Source: Myxococcales bacterium (GTDB lineage Bacteria > Myxococcota > Myxococcia > Myxococcales > UBA5297). Taken from it: a stretch of DNA of 64,000 nucleotides. Under the pieces are notes generated by a model that worked only from the letters and a program-made list of their open reading frames with translations, had not been told where the DNA came from and did no database searches. Location: contig JBBIQS010000033.1 in NCBI GenBank assembly GCA_037442205.1, positions 1 to 64,000 on the forward strand. Reading direction: 5' to 3'. Shown in pieces: positions 12,621 through 21,913 of this stretch (positions within the stretch are counted from its first letter, which is position 1; every line of letters starts with the position of its first letter). Both the position numbers and the translations under genes were made by a program.

Positions 12621-12813
12621 CCAACGACCTGGACTTTCGCTCGCCGATTCCGCCCGGCGGCGCTCGCCCGTCCTGTTGAGGAAACAGCGGCCGCGGCGGG
12701 GCCTTCCCGGCGCCGGAAATCGAGTCCGGGCTCGATTCCCCCGCTCAAAGGTGTTGCCTTTCGGGAGCCGGCTCTGGTAAATCGTCCGCCGCGCTCGAGA
12801 CGAACGAGCGGTT

Positions 12814-12895
12814 GCTCAGGTGGTGGAATTGGTAGACACACCAGCTTGAGGGGCTGGCGCCGCGAGGCATGCGAGTTCGAGTCTCGCCCTGAGCA
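12814..12895 (+). tRNA. tRNA-Leu, anticodon GAG, class II long variable arm
   Basis: Acceptor GCTCAGG/CCTGAGC. D-arm GTGGAATTGGTAGACAC. Anticodon stem CCAGC/GCTGG with loop TTGAGGG (anticodon GAG). 13-nt variable arm. T-arm GCGAG-TTCGAGT-CTCGC. Discriminator A. CCA not encoded. Confidence 0.8.
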
Positions 12896-12902
12896 CTGAA
12901 AA

Positions 12903-12931
12903 GCCCCGGAACTCCGGGGCTTTTCGATTTT
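12903..12931. terminator. Bidirectional intrinsic terminator between tRNA-Leu and the convergent gene 12931..13725
   Basis: GCCCCGGA-ACT-CCGGGGC hairpin flanked by AAAA on one side and TTTTCGATTTT on the other. Confidence 0.55.
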
Positions 12932-13725
12932 CAGGTGGCCGGGACCACCCGCAGCGCCGGCTGGGGCTCGATGCCGGGCAGCTCCATCTCCTCCCAGTGC
13001 GGCAGCGGATGGACCAGGGTCGCCTCGCCGGCCACCCACCGCACCAGGTTCATCACGAAGGTGGCGTAGTCCTCGCCCACCTCGCGGTCCTCGCCCACCG
13101 CCAGCCGCTTCTCGCCCCACTCGGTCAGCCCGCCGCTCCATGGCGGGGCAAGCGGGCAGGCGAGGGCCGCGGTCCGCCCGCAGCGATCGCTCGCCTCCTT
13201 GACCACCAACAGCGGCACCTTCGACTCCGACAGTTGCACGCCGTCGGCGGTGGTTTCGATCTCCCGGCCCACCAGCACGGTGCTGGTCTGCTCGCGGGGG
13301 AGGAAGAGGTTGAAGCCGGCGGCGGCCGGGGGCCTTTCCCAGCGCAGCCCGCGCAGGATCGGGTGGGAGTTGGCAGGCATCAGCAGCAGCCCGGAGGCGG
13401 CGCGCCTCCGGTCGTCCCCGTCGGTCAGGTGGACGGGGAGCAGGTTGCCGATCGGGCAGCGGGCGTAGCCGCCGCGGCCGAAGGAGCGATTGCCCCCGAC
13501 CATCAGCAGGCCCAGCCCCTCCTGCGCCGCCCGGGTCATCAGCGGGGCGAGCTCCCCCAAGGCCGAGCTGGGGAAGTCCGAGAGGACGAAGGCCTGAAAG
13601 CGGGAGAGCTCACGAGGGAGGCGATCGCCGGGGCGGACGATTTCGTGGACGACTCCCATGCGAGCCAGCGTTCCGGAAACGAAAGTGAGTCCGTTGGGAT
13701 CGCCCTCGAGGCAGAGCAACTTCAT
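12931..13725 (-). CDS. Hypothetical protein, possibly a class-I glutamine-amidotransferase-like fold
   Basis: Start at internal ATG (M38, MKLLCLEGDPNG). Motifs VLSDFPSS, LLMVGGNRSFGRGGY. Fold assignment is a guess from pattern only. Confidence 0.4.
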   Translation of the reverse strand: MKLLCLEGDPNGLTFVSGTLARMGVVHEIVRPGDRLPRELSRFQAFVLSDFPSSALGELAPLMTRAAQEGLGLLMVGGNRSFGRGGYARCPIGNLLPVHLTDGDDRRRAASGLLLMPANSHPILRGLRWERPPAAAGFNLFLPREQTSTVLVGREIETTADGVQLSESKVPLLVVKEASDRCGRTAALACPLAPPWSGGLTEWGEKRLAVGEDREVGEDYATFVMNLVRWVAGEATLVHPLPHWEEMELPGIEPQPALRVVPAT

Positions 13726-13854
13726 GGGGCCAAACTTGTCACGGGTCCTTTCGCCGGCAACGCGAGCGGGCGGGCAACCCCGCGAGCTCGAAAGGCAGGC
13801 GAGCGCGGGGCCGCGCTCAAACCTGCTCGCCGGCATCGCACGCTCGGGCTGGGC

Positions 13855-15114
13855 TCAGTCGAGCAGCTGGCGCAGCGCTGCCGCGCAGGAGTCGCGGTCC
13901 ATCGCCGAGGCGGCTTCCTTGATGGCCAGCATCTCGTCGATGACCTTGTAGCGCTTGGGCCCCGACTCGAGCACCGGCCGGAACACGATCCGGATCATGT
14001 CGCCCTGGTTCGAGCCGCCGTCGAAGGCGCCGGCGAGAGCGCGCGCCAGCTCGCTGCGGACGGCCCCGTCGAGCTCGGAGCGGAGGAACTCGCGCAGCCT
14101 GGCCAGGTTGGCCGCCATCTGCGGCGAGTAGGCCACGCGGGTCGGCGCGGCGCGGGTGCGCCCTGGGCTTGTCGCCGGGCCGCCCGAGGGGCGGTTGCCT
14201 CGCGGGGCCGGCGCCCTCGCCGGCGCGCTCGACAGGTCGACGAACTCCAGTGGCTGGGACGGCGCGGGCGCAGGCTCGAGCTTGGTCGAGGGCGACAGCT
14301 TGATGTCCGAGTCGGGGACCTTGGTGACCTCGATCCTGAGCGAGCTGACGTTGTCCGGGCCCGGGGGAAGGGAAGACGGGGTCGCGGCCAGCGGGCCGCT
14401 CGCCTCCTGCGGAAGCGGGAGCGGGCCGCCCAGGCCGAGGTCGAGCGGGGCGGAGGTCTCCATCTGCACCGGGCCCGGCGAACCGGCGAGCGCCGGAGAG
14501 ATCCCGGTTCCCAGCCCAGACAGTGAGGAGCCGAGAGGGGCCGGCCCCGCCGAGCTGGCCTGGGGGCGCGAGCGCGCCAGGTCTTCGCCCCGCTCGAGCA
14601 CCTCGAGGGCACCGGCGGCCAGGTCGAGCACCGCGGCGTGGACCGGGACGCCGGCGGGCAGGAACGGCTGCTGGCGGATGGCGTTGGCGGTGTCGATGGC
14701 CAGCTGCCGCGGGCTGGCCTGGAGTGCGAAGTAGGAGCGCAGATCGCCCTCGATGGCCGCGCGGTCGACGCCGTGTCTGGCGAGGGCGCTGGCCAGGCTG
14801 CCGCCGTCGGCGCGGGTCAGGCCGCAGTCGGTGTGGGCCATCACGAGGATCTCGGCGGCGTCGTAGATGAAGACCGCGCTGGCGATCGCCCGCATCAGCT
14901 CCGCCGGCTGGCTCGGCAGGGCCGGCCCGGGGAGGCGGATGGTCACCGCGTCGCCGCGCTCGAGCCCCAGGCAGCTTGAGAAGAAGCGGTCCAGCCGCGG
15001 GTCGACGCAGGTCACCAGGCAGACCCGCCGCCGGGCGCCAGGGGAGCCGCTGGCGCCGGCGGGGGCCGGGGTGTGGGCTTGGTTGAAGGAGAGGATCTCG
15101 TCCAGCACGGCCAT
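13855..15114 (-). CDS. Beta-class carbonic-anhydrase-like domain protein with a long Pro/Ser-rich linker and an unassigned C-terminal domain
   Basis: N-terminal CVDPRLD and HTDCG match the beta-CA zinc-ligand motifs (C-x-D-x-R ... H-x-x-C). About 150 aa of P/S/A/G-rich low complexity, then about 90 aa of ordered sequence. Same-strand frame 13817..15151 is Arg-rich and rejected. Confidence 0.6.
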   Translation of the reverse strand: MAVLDEILSFNQAHTPAPAGASGSPGARRRVCLVTCVDPRLDRFFSSCLGLERGDAVTIRLPGPALPSQPAELMRAIASAVFIYDAAEILVMAHTDCGLTRADGGSLASALARHGVDRAAIEGDLRSYFALQASPRQLAIDTANAIRQQPFLPAGVPVHAAVLDLAAGALEVLERGEDLARSRPQASSAGPAPLGSSLSGLGTGISPALAGSPGPVQMETSAPLDLGLGGPLPLPQEASGPLAATPSSLPPGPDNVSSLRIEVTKVPDSDIKLSPSTKLEPAPAPSQPLEFVDLSSAPARAPAPRGNRPSGGPATSPGRTRAAPTRVAYSPQMAANLARLREFLRSELDGAVRSELARALAGAFDGGSNQGDMIRIVFRPVLESGPKRYKVIDEMLAIKEAASAMDRDSCAAALRQLLD

Positions 15115-15189
15115 GGTCGCCTCCTGGCGATGGAGCCGATGGACCCGGCACCCGCCGCCGCGGTCGGGCGGCGGGGCGCGGGGGAAGCG

Positions 15190-16707
15190 CTACTTCTTGG
15201 CGGCTGCCGGCACCGGCGGGGCGGAGGGGTGGCTCGCCGGCTGGTTGGTGATTCCGGGGATGCGCCCGACGATCTCCTTGAGCGACAGCCCGCTGAGCGT
15301 CTCCACCACCGGCGGCAGCTGGGCCATGATGTGGGCCACGTCGTTGGTGATCTTCGAGGCCCCCAGCCCGCCGTCGGCGCCGCCCGAGAACATGATGATC
15401 TTCTCGGTCTTGGAGAGCGGCTCGGCCACCGCCTTGGCCAGCTGCGGCAGCATCTGCACCATCATCTCGGTGACCGCGGCCGCGCCGTACTCGCGGTAGC
15501 TCTCGGCCTTCTTCTTCATCGCCTCGGCCTCGGCCACGCCCTTGGCGCGGATGACCTCGGCTTCGGCCTGGCCCTTGAGGCGGATGGCCTCGGCCTCGGC
15601 CTTGCCCTTGGCGGCCACCACCTCGGCGTCGGCGAAGCCCTGGCTCTTGTTGGCCTCGGCGCGGCCGTTGGCCTCGGCTACCAGCTTGTAGCGCTCGGCC
15701 TCGGCCTCGACCTGCACCGCGTAGCGCTTGGCGTCGGCCGGCTTCTGCACCGTGGCCTCGAGCTCCTTCTCCTTGCGCTGGATCTCCTTCTCCTGGACCA
15801 GGATCTGCTGCTCCTTCTCGATGGCCTGGACCGAGACCTCCTCGCGCTTCACCAGCTGCCCGGTCTTGAAGCGCTGCAGGTCGTAGGAGAGGTCGGCCTC
15901 GGCCTTGCGCTGGTTGACCGTGCCCTGGTACTCGGCGCGCTTGAGCTCGTAGTCGCGGGTGGCGGCGGCGATCTCGCCCTCGGCCTTGAGCCGCTCGACG
16001 TCGCCCTCCTTCTTGGCCACCGCGCTCTTGATCGCCGCGTCGCGGTTGGCCTCGGCCTGGGCGATCTGGGCCTCGGAGAGGGCGCGCGACTCCTTGACCG
16101 CCGCCTCGCGCTTGACCTCGGCCAGCCGCGGCTTGCCCAACGCGTCGAGGTAGCCCTGGTCGTCCTTGATGTCGCGCAGGGTGAAGCTGACGATGCGCAG
16201 GCCCATGTTGCGCAGGTCGGTGGCGCTGAACTCTTGGACCTTCTGGGCGAACTTCTCGCGGTCCCTGTAGATGTCCTCGACCTCGAGGGTGCCGAGGATG
16301 GCGCGCAGGTGGCCTTCCACCGTCTGCAGCGCGACCTTCATCACGTCGTCCTGGGTGCGGCCAAGGAACTGCTCGGCGGCGGTGCCGAGGATCGCCTCGG
16401 AGGTGGAGTCGATCTTGATCTGGGCGATGCCGTCGACCATCACCGGCACGCCGCGGGCGGTGTAGACCGCCGGGGTGTGGACGTGGATGGTCATCACGTC
16501 CAGGCTCATGGTCTGGGCGGTCTCGACCACCGGCCAGACGAAGGTGCCGCCGCCGCGGATGATGCGGAAGCCGCGCCGGCCGCCGGAGATCACCAGCGCC
16601 TCGTTCGGGCCGACCTTGCGGTAGCGTGAGCCGAGGATGAACAGCACCGTCGCGAGAAAGGCGGCACCCACCCCGCCCAGGGCCAGAATCAGCTCGTTGC
16701 CGCTCAT
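15190..16707 (-). CDS. Flotillin-like SPFH/band-7 protein
   Basis: N-terminal TM, SPFH core (ALVISGGRRG...PVVETAQTMSLDVMT). Long E/A/K-rich coiled coil with AEAEAI(R)LKG-type repeats typical of flotillin/YqiK. Confidence 0.85.
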   Translation of the reverse strand: MSGNELILALGGVGAAFLATVLFILGSRYRKVGPNEALVISGGRRGFRIIRGGGTFVWPVVETAQTMSLDVMTIHVHTPAVYTARGVPVMVDGIAQIKIDSTSEAILGTAAEQFLGRTQDDVMKVALQTVEGHLRAILGTLEVEDIYRDREKFAQKVQEFSATDLRNMGLRIVSFTLRDIKDDQGYLDALGKPRLAEVKREAAVKESRALSEAQIAQAEANRDAAIKSAVAKKEGDVERLKAEGEIAAATRDYELKRAEYQGTVNQRKAEADLSYDLQRFKTGQLVKREEVSVQAIEKEQQILVQEKEIQRKEKELEATVQKPADAKRYAVQVEAEAERYKLVAEANGRAEANKSQGFADAEVVAAKGKAEAEAIRLKGQAEAEVIRAKGVAEAEAMKKKAESYREYGAAAVTEMMVQMLPQLAKAVAEPLSKTEKIIMFSGGADGGLGASKITNDVAHIMAQLPPVVETLSGLSLKEIVGRIPGITNQPASHPSAPPVPAAAKK

Positions 16708-16762
16708 GACTTCCTCTCTTTCGTTCGACAGCGTGCCGGCTCCCGGCCGGCGGATGCGTGGA

Positions 16763-17452
16763 CTAGCTCTTCACTCTGGTGCGCAGCGGCTCGCCGACCG
16801 CCGAAGGCTCGCCGGCTCCGGGGCCGATCGCCGCCGGTCCCGAGGCCTCGACGACGTAGGCCACTCCCTCGGAGACCCTGCTGACCCTCACCGAGGTGCC
16901 CTGGCGGTGCTCGCGTCCGTCGGCGGAGCGGGCGGTGTAGGTCTGGCGGGTGCCGGCGCTGACGTAGGCGATCTCCCCGGCCCCGTCGGCAGGCACGCTG
17001 ACGGTGACCTCGGCGGCGGCGATCAGGGCGTCGCCGGGGCGGGCGATCCGGTTGGTCTCGAGGGTGCTGGTGATCTTGTAGATGAGGAAGGCCAGGCCCA
17101 GTCCCAGGATCGCGGCGGTGCCGGCGGCCAGCGCTCCCTGGATGAGGTCTCCGGCCGCGGGAAAGAGGTGCTGGTAGAGCAGCCCCGAGCCGCCGAAGGC
17201 GGCGACGAAGGCGCTGAGCACGGTCGGCGACAGCAGCGGCAGGTGCAGCGAGCCGGCGTGGAGATCGTCGGAGACGTCGCCGTCGCCGGCTCCGTGCGCC
17301 CCGCCGCTGCCGGCCTCGAACGAGTGGCTGAAGTCTGGGCCGTGGCTGGGGCCGGCGTGCCCCGAGTCCCCGCCGGCGAAGTAGCCGAGGGCGGCGCTCA
17401 GGAGCGTGAAGGCGAAGCCGAGGCTGAGGCAGAACAAATAGATCGAGCTCAT
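16763..17452 (-). CDS. NfeD/YqiJ-like membrane protein, the usual flotillin partner
   Basis: Multi-TM N-terminal half, then a C-terminal beta domain (EVTVSVPADGAGEIAYVSAGTRQTYTARS). ATG at 17452 overlaps the TGA of the upstream gene (ATGA). Confidence 0.7.
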   Translation of the reverse strand: MSSIYLFCLSLGFAFTLLSAALGYFAGGDSGHAGPSHGPDFSHSFEAGSGGAHGAGDGDVSDDLHAGSLHLPLLSPTVLSAFVAAFGGSGLLYQHLFPAAGDLIQGALAAGTAAILGLGLAFLIYKITSTLETNRIARPGDALIAAAEVTVSVPADGAGEIAYVSAGTRQTYTARSADGREHRQGTSVRVSRVSEGVAYVVEASGPAAIGPGAGEPSAVGEPLRTRVKS

Positions 17453-18429
17453 GGCGCGCCCCGCTTGGTCTCGGCCGCCAGCCCTTCCAGCAGGACGAGC
17501 AGGGCGCGCTGGAGCGCCGCGCCGGTCAGCTCCGCCGCGTGCCAGGCCTTCGCCGCGGCCAGCCGAGCCAGCAGCTCGCCGACCAGCCGCGCTCGCGCGT
17601 TGCTGGGCTTGCGAGCGTCGGCGAGGGTCGCCAGCAGCGCCTCGAGCTCGCGGTCGGCCTGCACGATGACGGAGAGCGGCGCTGGCGCCTTCTCGCGCGC
17701 CAGCTGTTGCTCGCTGGCCTCCCACAGCTCGCTCTTCAGCGACGCGAGCTGCGCCTGGAGCAGCGCCTCATAGGAAGGATCGGGCGCTCCCTGCGAGAGC
17801 TGGTCGCCGGCGCGGCCGAGGGCGAAGGCGAGGGCGGTCCACAGCGGTCGCGCGCCCAGGCCGCTGGCGGCGATGCTCGCCAGGTCCGACGCCGCCCAGA
17901 GCGCCAGTCCCTTGAATCCTCCCCGGTCGCGGTCGATGGCTGTCGCCGCCAGGCAGAAATCGGCGAAGCCGATCGCCGAGCGGCAGGCGCCGCAGACGCT
18001 CTCGAGGAGGGCGACCTCCTCCGGTCCGGCGGGAAGCTTGCCGAGCCATTCGCGGGCGAAGGTGCGGGCGATGAGCGCCTCCCGGCGCAGCCGAGCCAGC
18101 GATTCCTCGTCTTCGACGAGACGGGGCGCCAGCGTGCCGATGCGGGCCAGGCGCTCGCGCAGGTTGAAGAGCGCGCCGCAGCGGGCGAGCAGTCCCTGGG
18201 GCCCGAAGGCGCAGCCGAAATAGCTCGCCAACCGGTCGCGCTCGAAGATCAACGCCTGTGAGAGATCGCGCCGGGCGGCCAGGTCCGCCAGCCGCCGGCG
18301 GGCCGACTCGAACAGCCCGGGCCACTCCGCGCCAGCGCACGACAGGATCTGGGCGCTGGTGGCGCCGACCTGCTCTTGCAGCCGCTCATCGCTGTGGAAC
18401 TCGAGCATCGCATCTCCCAAAGCCCACAT
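17449..18429 (-). CDS. Hypothetical Ala/Leu-rich helical protein, first gene of the nfeD-flotillin operon
   Basis: Start at M53 of the ORF (MWALGDAMLEFHSDE) with GAGG 3 nt upstream; M60 is an alternative. Stop overlaps the NfeD start. The antisense frame is Arg-rich. Confidence 0.45.
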   Translation of the reverse strand: MWALGDAMLEFHSDERLQEQVGATSAQILSCAGAEWPGLFESARRRLADLAARRDLSQALIFERDRLASYFGCAFGPQGLLARCGALFNLRERLARIGTLAPRLVEDEESLARLRREALIARTFAREWLGKLPAGPEEVALLESVCGACRSAIGFADFCLAATAIDRDRGGFKGLALWAASDLASIAASGLGARPLWTALAFALGRAGDQLSQGAPDPSYEALLQAQLASLKSELWEASEQQLAREKAPAPLSVIVQADRELEALLATLADARKPSNARARLVGELLARLAAAKAWHAAELTGAALQRALLVLLEGLAAETKRGAP

Positions 18430-18703
18430 CCTCGGGGCTTCGGCATTTGCTGCGCTGGCAAGCAATCGGCATGCCCAGGGGCAACTGGGCGATTTTCCTT
18501 CGGATCGAGGCGGCGGGTGGCGCCAGGCGCCTGCGAACCTGGCGAGCCGCGCCTGCGAGGAGCGACAGGCTATCCCAAGGTCCAACGAGCTACAACGCGG
18601 GCTGGTTCGCTCGGAAGACGAGAAATCGACGCGCTCGCCGGCGGGTAGGCGATCGGCCGGGCGGTGCTACGCTGCGCTTCGCAGGAGCCTCGAAGGAGGA
18701 GCA

Positions 18704-19525
18704 ATGGGGTTCGGATCGATCCGGAGCGGCCGGGCCAGCCCCGTGAGCCTGCGGCAGAACTTCCGCAACTGGCGGGCGCACTACCAGCGGGATCTGCGGG
18801 GTCGCTACTTCCTGCGCCTCCACATGAGCCTGCTGCTGGCGGGAATGACGGTGGTGGGAGTGACGGCCACCAAGTGGATGCTGTGGGCTGGGATCGGCTC
18901 GATGCCCGTCCGCCTGCCCTTGGCGGTCTTCGCCGCCTACCTGAGCTTCTATGGTTTCGTGGCGCTCTGGCTGCGGGTGGTGAGCGGCGACCGGAGGCTG
19001 GCGGCGGCGCCGGCGGCGCTGGCCGCCGCGGCGGCGATGCCACCTCCGCCGCCTCCAGCCCAGGGCGCGTTCCACGCGCACCACCTCGATGCCCTGCCCG
19101 ACCTCGTCGAGAGCACGATCGACGCCGCCACCGACGGCCCTTCGGCTTCGTCCTCGTCCAGCGGCGTCGGGGATGCGGTGGGGGCGGTGCTCGACGTGGG
19201 GAGCGACGACTTCGGATTCGTGCTGCTGCTGATCGCGGTGGCGCTCTTCGTGCTGTCGGGGATCGGGGCCGCCGCTTACCTGATCGGCTACGCGCCCGAG
19301 ATTCTCGCCGAGATCGCCTTCAACGGCGCCTTCGCCGCGCTGATCGGCCGCACCGTCACCAGCCAGGACGGGATGGGCTGGGCCGGGGTGCTGGCGCGCA
19401 AGACCGCCATCCTCTTCGGGCTCATGGTCCTGACGAGCTGGGGTTTGGGCCTCGCTGCCCAGAAGTACTGCCCGACGGCGGTGACCGTGCAGGGCGCGCT
19501 GCACTGCGGAAGGAGCGCTCCGTAG
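18704..19525 (+). CDS. Polytopic membrane protein, hypothetical
   Basis: ATG at 18704 with AAGGAGGA RBS. Four or more hydrophobic helices (LLLAGMTVVGVTATKWMLWAGIG, FVLLLIAVALFVLSGIGAAAYLIG ...). PPPPPP linker. Confidence 0.5.
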   Translation: MGFGSIRSGRASPVSLRQNFRNWRAHYQRDLRGRYFLRLHMSLLLAGMTVVGVTATKWMLWAGIGSMPVRLPLAVFAAYLSFYGFVALWLRVVSGDRRLAAAPAALAAAAAMPPPPPPAQGAFHAHHLDALPDLVESTIDAATDGPSASSSSSGVGDAVGAVLDVGSDDFGFVLLLIAVALFVLSGIGAAAYLIGYAPEILAEIAFNGAFAALIGRTVTSQDGMGWAGVLARKTAILFGLMVLTSWGLGLAAQKYCPTAVTVQGALHCGRSAP

Positions 19526-19538
19526 CAGCTCTTCGGCG

Positions 19539-21764
19539 CTACCGCCGGCCGGCCTTCTGCTTCTTGTTCTTGCGCGGCGGCTGGGTCTCGTACTTGGGCG
19601 GCGCCAGCGAGCCGGGATAGGGGAGCAGGTCGGGCGAGGGTGTGGCGTCGGGCGGCGGCGTGCTCTCCGCCAGCTCGCGCGGCTCGGGGATGGCCGGCAG
19701 GCGGATCACGAACTCGGTGCCCTCGCCGACCTTGCTGGTCACCGAGATCGCGCCGCCGTGGCTCTTGACGATGCGCTGGCAGATGGCCAGCCCCAGTCCG
19801 GTCCCCTTCTCCTTGGTGGTGTAGAAGGGCACGAAGATGTGCTGCCGGGCGTCGTCGGGGATGCCGCCGCCGGTGTCGCGCACCCGCAGCTCGACTCCCT
19901 CAGCCCCGCTGAAGCGCCAGGCGGGCACTTCGTCCGGCGCCCGGGTCGAGAGCGCCAGCACCCCGCCGCTGGGCATGGCCTGCACCGCGTTCTGCACCAG
20001 GTTGATCAGCACCTGCTTGAGCTGCTCGGCGTCGGCCTGCACCTTGGGCAGCTTCTCCGCCAGCTCCAGCTTGACGGTGATGTGCGCCGGGATGTCGTTG
20101 CTCAACAGCTTGACGGTGCGGTTGACCACGTCGTCCAGGTCGGTGGGGGCGAAGTTCTGCTTGAGCGGCCGCGAGTAGTCGAGGAACTGGCTGACCACGG
20201 TGTTGAGCCGGTTGACCTCCTCGACGATCACCCCCAGGAACTCGCTGGTCTCCGGGGGCAGGTTCTGTGGCGACAGGAACTGGGCGGCGCCCTTGATGGC
20301 CCCCAGCGGATTGCGGATCTCGTGGGCCAGGCCGGCGGCCATCTCGCCCAGCGCCGCCAGGCGGTCGCGCTCCTTCATCCGCTCGTAGAGCTTGCTGTTC
20401 TCGACCACGGTGGCGATGCGCTCGGCGATCTCCAGGATGGCGGCGATCTCGTTGGAGGCGTAGGCCTCGGGCACCCGCTCGTCCCACAGGTTGAAGAAGC
20501 CGATCACCCGGTCGCCGCCCATCAGCGGCACGGTGATGCCGGCGTTCATCTGCTTGAGGGCGGTCTTCAGGTCGCTGAGACGCTTGGCCTCCTCGCGGGC
20601 GCGGCGGTTCTCGGTCTGCTCCAGCTGGCGCAGCTCGGCCAGCCGGCGCTCGACGTTCTCCACCAGCACCGCCTTCTGGCCGCCCTGGGCGACGGTGATC
20701 AGGCTGCGGGCGGCGGCGGCGTCGAGGAAGACGATCGGCAGCGGCCCGCGGCTGTCGAGCAGCCAGAAGCCGGGCCGGTCGTCGGAGAGCAGGTAGATCG
20801 AGGCGTGGGTGACCCGCCGCGACTCGTTGAAGGTGTCGAGCACCAGCTTGGCCAGGTCGGCGACCTCGATCACGCTCACCAGCCGCGCTTTGAGCACGGT
20901 CAGGGCGCGGATCATCTCGAACCGCTCGCGGAACAGGGTGGCGACCACGAACTCCTCGACCCGCGCCCGCACCGGCTCGAAGAGGATCAGCACCACGATC
21001 GACGCCACCAGGCTGTTGAAGAGGAACAGGCCGAAGCGGTCGCCGACCCAGTAGACCAGCAGCACGTAGATGCCGACGAAGATGACGGCCTGCAGCGCCA
21101 GGCCGGCCATCTTTCCCAACAGCTCGTGCAGGTCGAGCAGACGCAGCCGCTGCAGCGTCTGCGCCAGCAGGAACATGTAGAAGGTGGTGACGATCGGGCC
21201 CAGCGGCGGGAAGCCGACGCCGTAGTTGGGCAGAAAGTCCAGGGCGGAGAAGAAGATGGCCAGGCCGGCGCCCACCGCGAGGTAGGTGAGGCGGGCGCGC
21301 TCGATGCGCGACTCGCTGGCCGAACGGCGGCGCATCAACAGCGAGAAGCTGATGATCAGCCCGCCGAACCCCCATAGCGAGACCAGCCCGGTGGCGATGG
21401 GCGAGTAGGTCAGCGGCGAGACGCCCACCGCCAGGCCGAGGGCGGCCCCGGCGATGGCGGCCTTGCGTGCGCGCCGGGCGTTCTTGGGAGTGACGCCCAG
21501 GAACTCCATGAAGAAGGCCAGCGCCGCCCCGGGAATCAGCGCGCCGAAGATCACGCTGGCGCGCACCCACAAGCTGCTGGGAGTGAGCCCGCCCAGGAAT
21601 TCGCCCAGGTAGTAGGCGAACAGGGTCAGGCAGAGGATGGCGAAGACGGTCAGCTCGCGCCGCCGCGGCCGCAGCAGCACCGAGATCCCCAGCGCGAGCG
21701 TGATCAGGCCGGCCAGCAGCGCGCTCTGGATGTGGATGTTCACGGCGGCGGATTGTAGCAGCAC
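19539..21764 (-). CDS. Sensor histidine kinase with an N-terminal multi-TM sensor domain
   Basis: About 300-aa N-terminal region with 8 or more TM helices. Central GAF-like region. HisKA H-box GLAHEIRNPLGAIKGAAQFL. HATPase_c N/G1/G2 boxes (LINLVQNAVQAM, RDTGGGIP, GTGLGL). Pro-rich basic tail. Confidence 0.8.
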   Translation of the reverse strand: MLLQSAAVNIHIQSALLAGLITLALGISVLLRPRRRELTVFAILCLTLFAYYLGEFLGGLTPSSLWVRASVIFGALIPGAALAFFMEFLGVTPKNARRARKAAIAGAALGLAVGVSPLTYSPIATGLVSLWGFGGLIISFSLLMRRRSASESRIERARLTYLAVGAGLAIFFSALDFLPNYGVGFPPLGPIVTTFYMFLLAQTLQRLRLLDLHELLGKMAGLALQAVIFVGIYVLLVYWVGDRFGLFLFNSLVASIVVLILFEPVRARVEEFVVATLFRERFEMIRALTVLKARLVSVIEVADLAKLVLDTFNESRRVTHASIYLLSDDRPGFWLLDSRGPLPIVFLDAAAARSLITVAQGGQKAVLVENVERRLAELRQLEQTENRRAREEAKRLSDLKTALKQMNAGITVPLMGGDRVIGFFNLWDERVPEAYASNEIAAILEIAERIATVVENSKLYERMKERDRLAALGEMAAGLAHEIRNPLGAIKGAAQFLSPQNLPPETSEFLGVIVEEVNRLNTVVSQFLDYSRPLKQNFAPTDLDDVVNRTVKLLSNDIPAHITVKLELAEKLPKVQADAEQLKQVLINLVQNAVQAMPSGGVLALSTRAPDEVPAWRFSGAEGVELRVRDTGGGIPDDARQHIFVPFYTTKEKGTGLGLAICQRIVKSHGGAISVTSKVGEGTEFVIRLPAIPEPRELAESTPPPDATPSPDLLPYPGSLAPPKYETQPPRKNKKQKAGRR

Positions 21765-21913
21765 CGCCGCCGCCAGCCCCGCGTTTGAGGGTGCCGGGCC
21801 GCCTCGGGCTGCCCCGGCGCGGCCTTCTCCTTAAAATGAGATGGCTCGCTCGATCGTCTTCCGAGCAGGCCTAGATTTGACAGCCGGCCGGGCTGAGGAG
21901 AAAAGCGAGTCCG

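Noticed and set aside
13817-15151. Same-strand alternative frame 13817..15151 (-, 444 aa)
   Set aside because: Arg/Pro-rich with no motif. The 13855..15114 frame contains the beta-CA ligand motifs.
15151-15175. GC-rich hairpin CCCGCCGCC-n7-GGCGGCGGG after the flotillin gene, as a terminator
   Set aside because: No U-tract follows on the transcribed strand, so it cannot be called an intrinsic terminator with confidence.
15073-16629. Plus-strand ORF opposite flotillin (518 aa)
   Set aside because: Antisense of the coiled-coil repeat region. Leu/Gly/Asp low complexity.
19758-21570. ORFs 19758..21377 (+) and 19900..21570 (-), opposite or in an alternative frame of the histidine kinase
   Set aside because: The histidine-kinase motifs (H-box, N, G1, G2) are only in frame 19539..21764.
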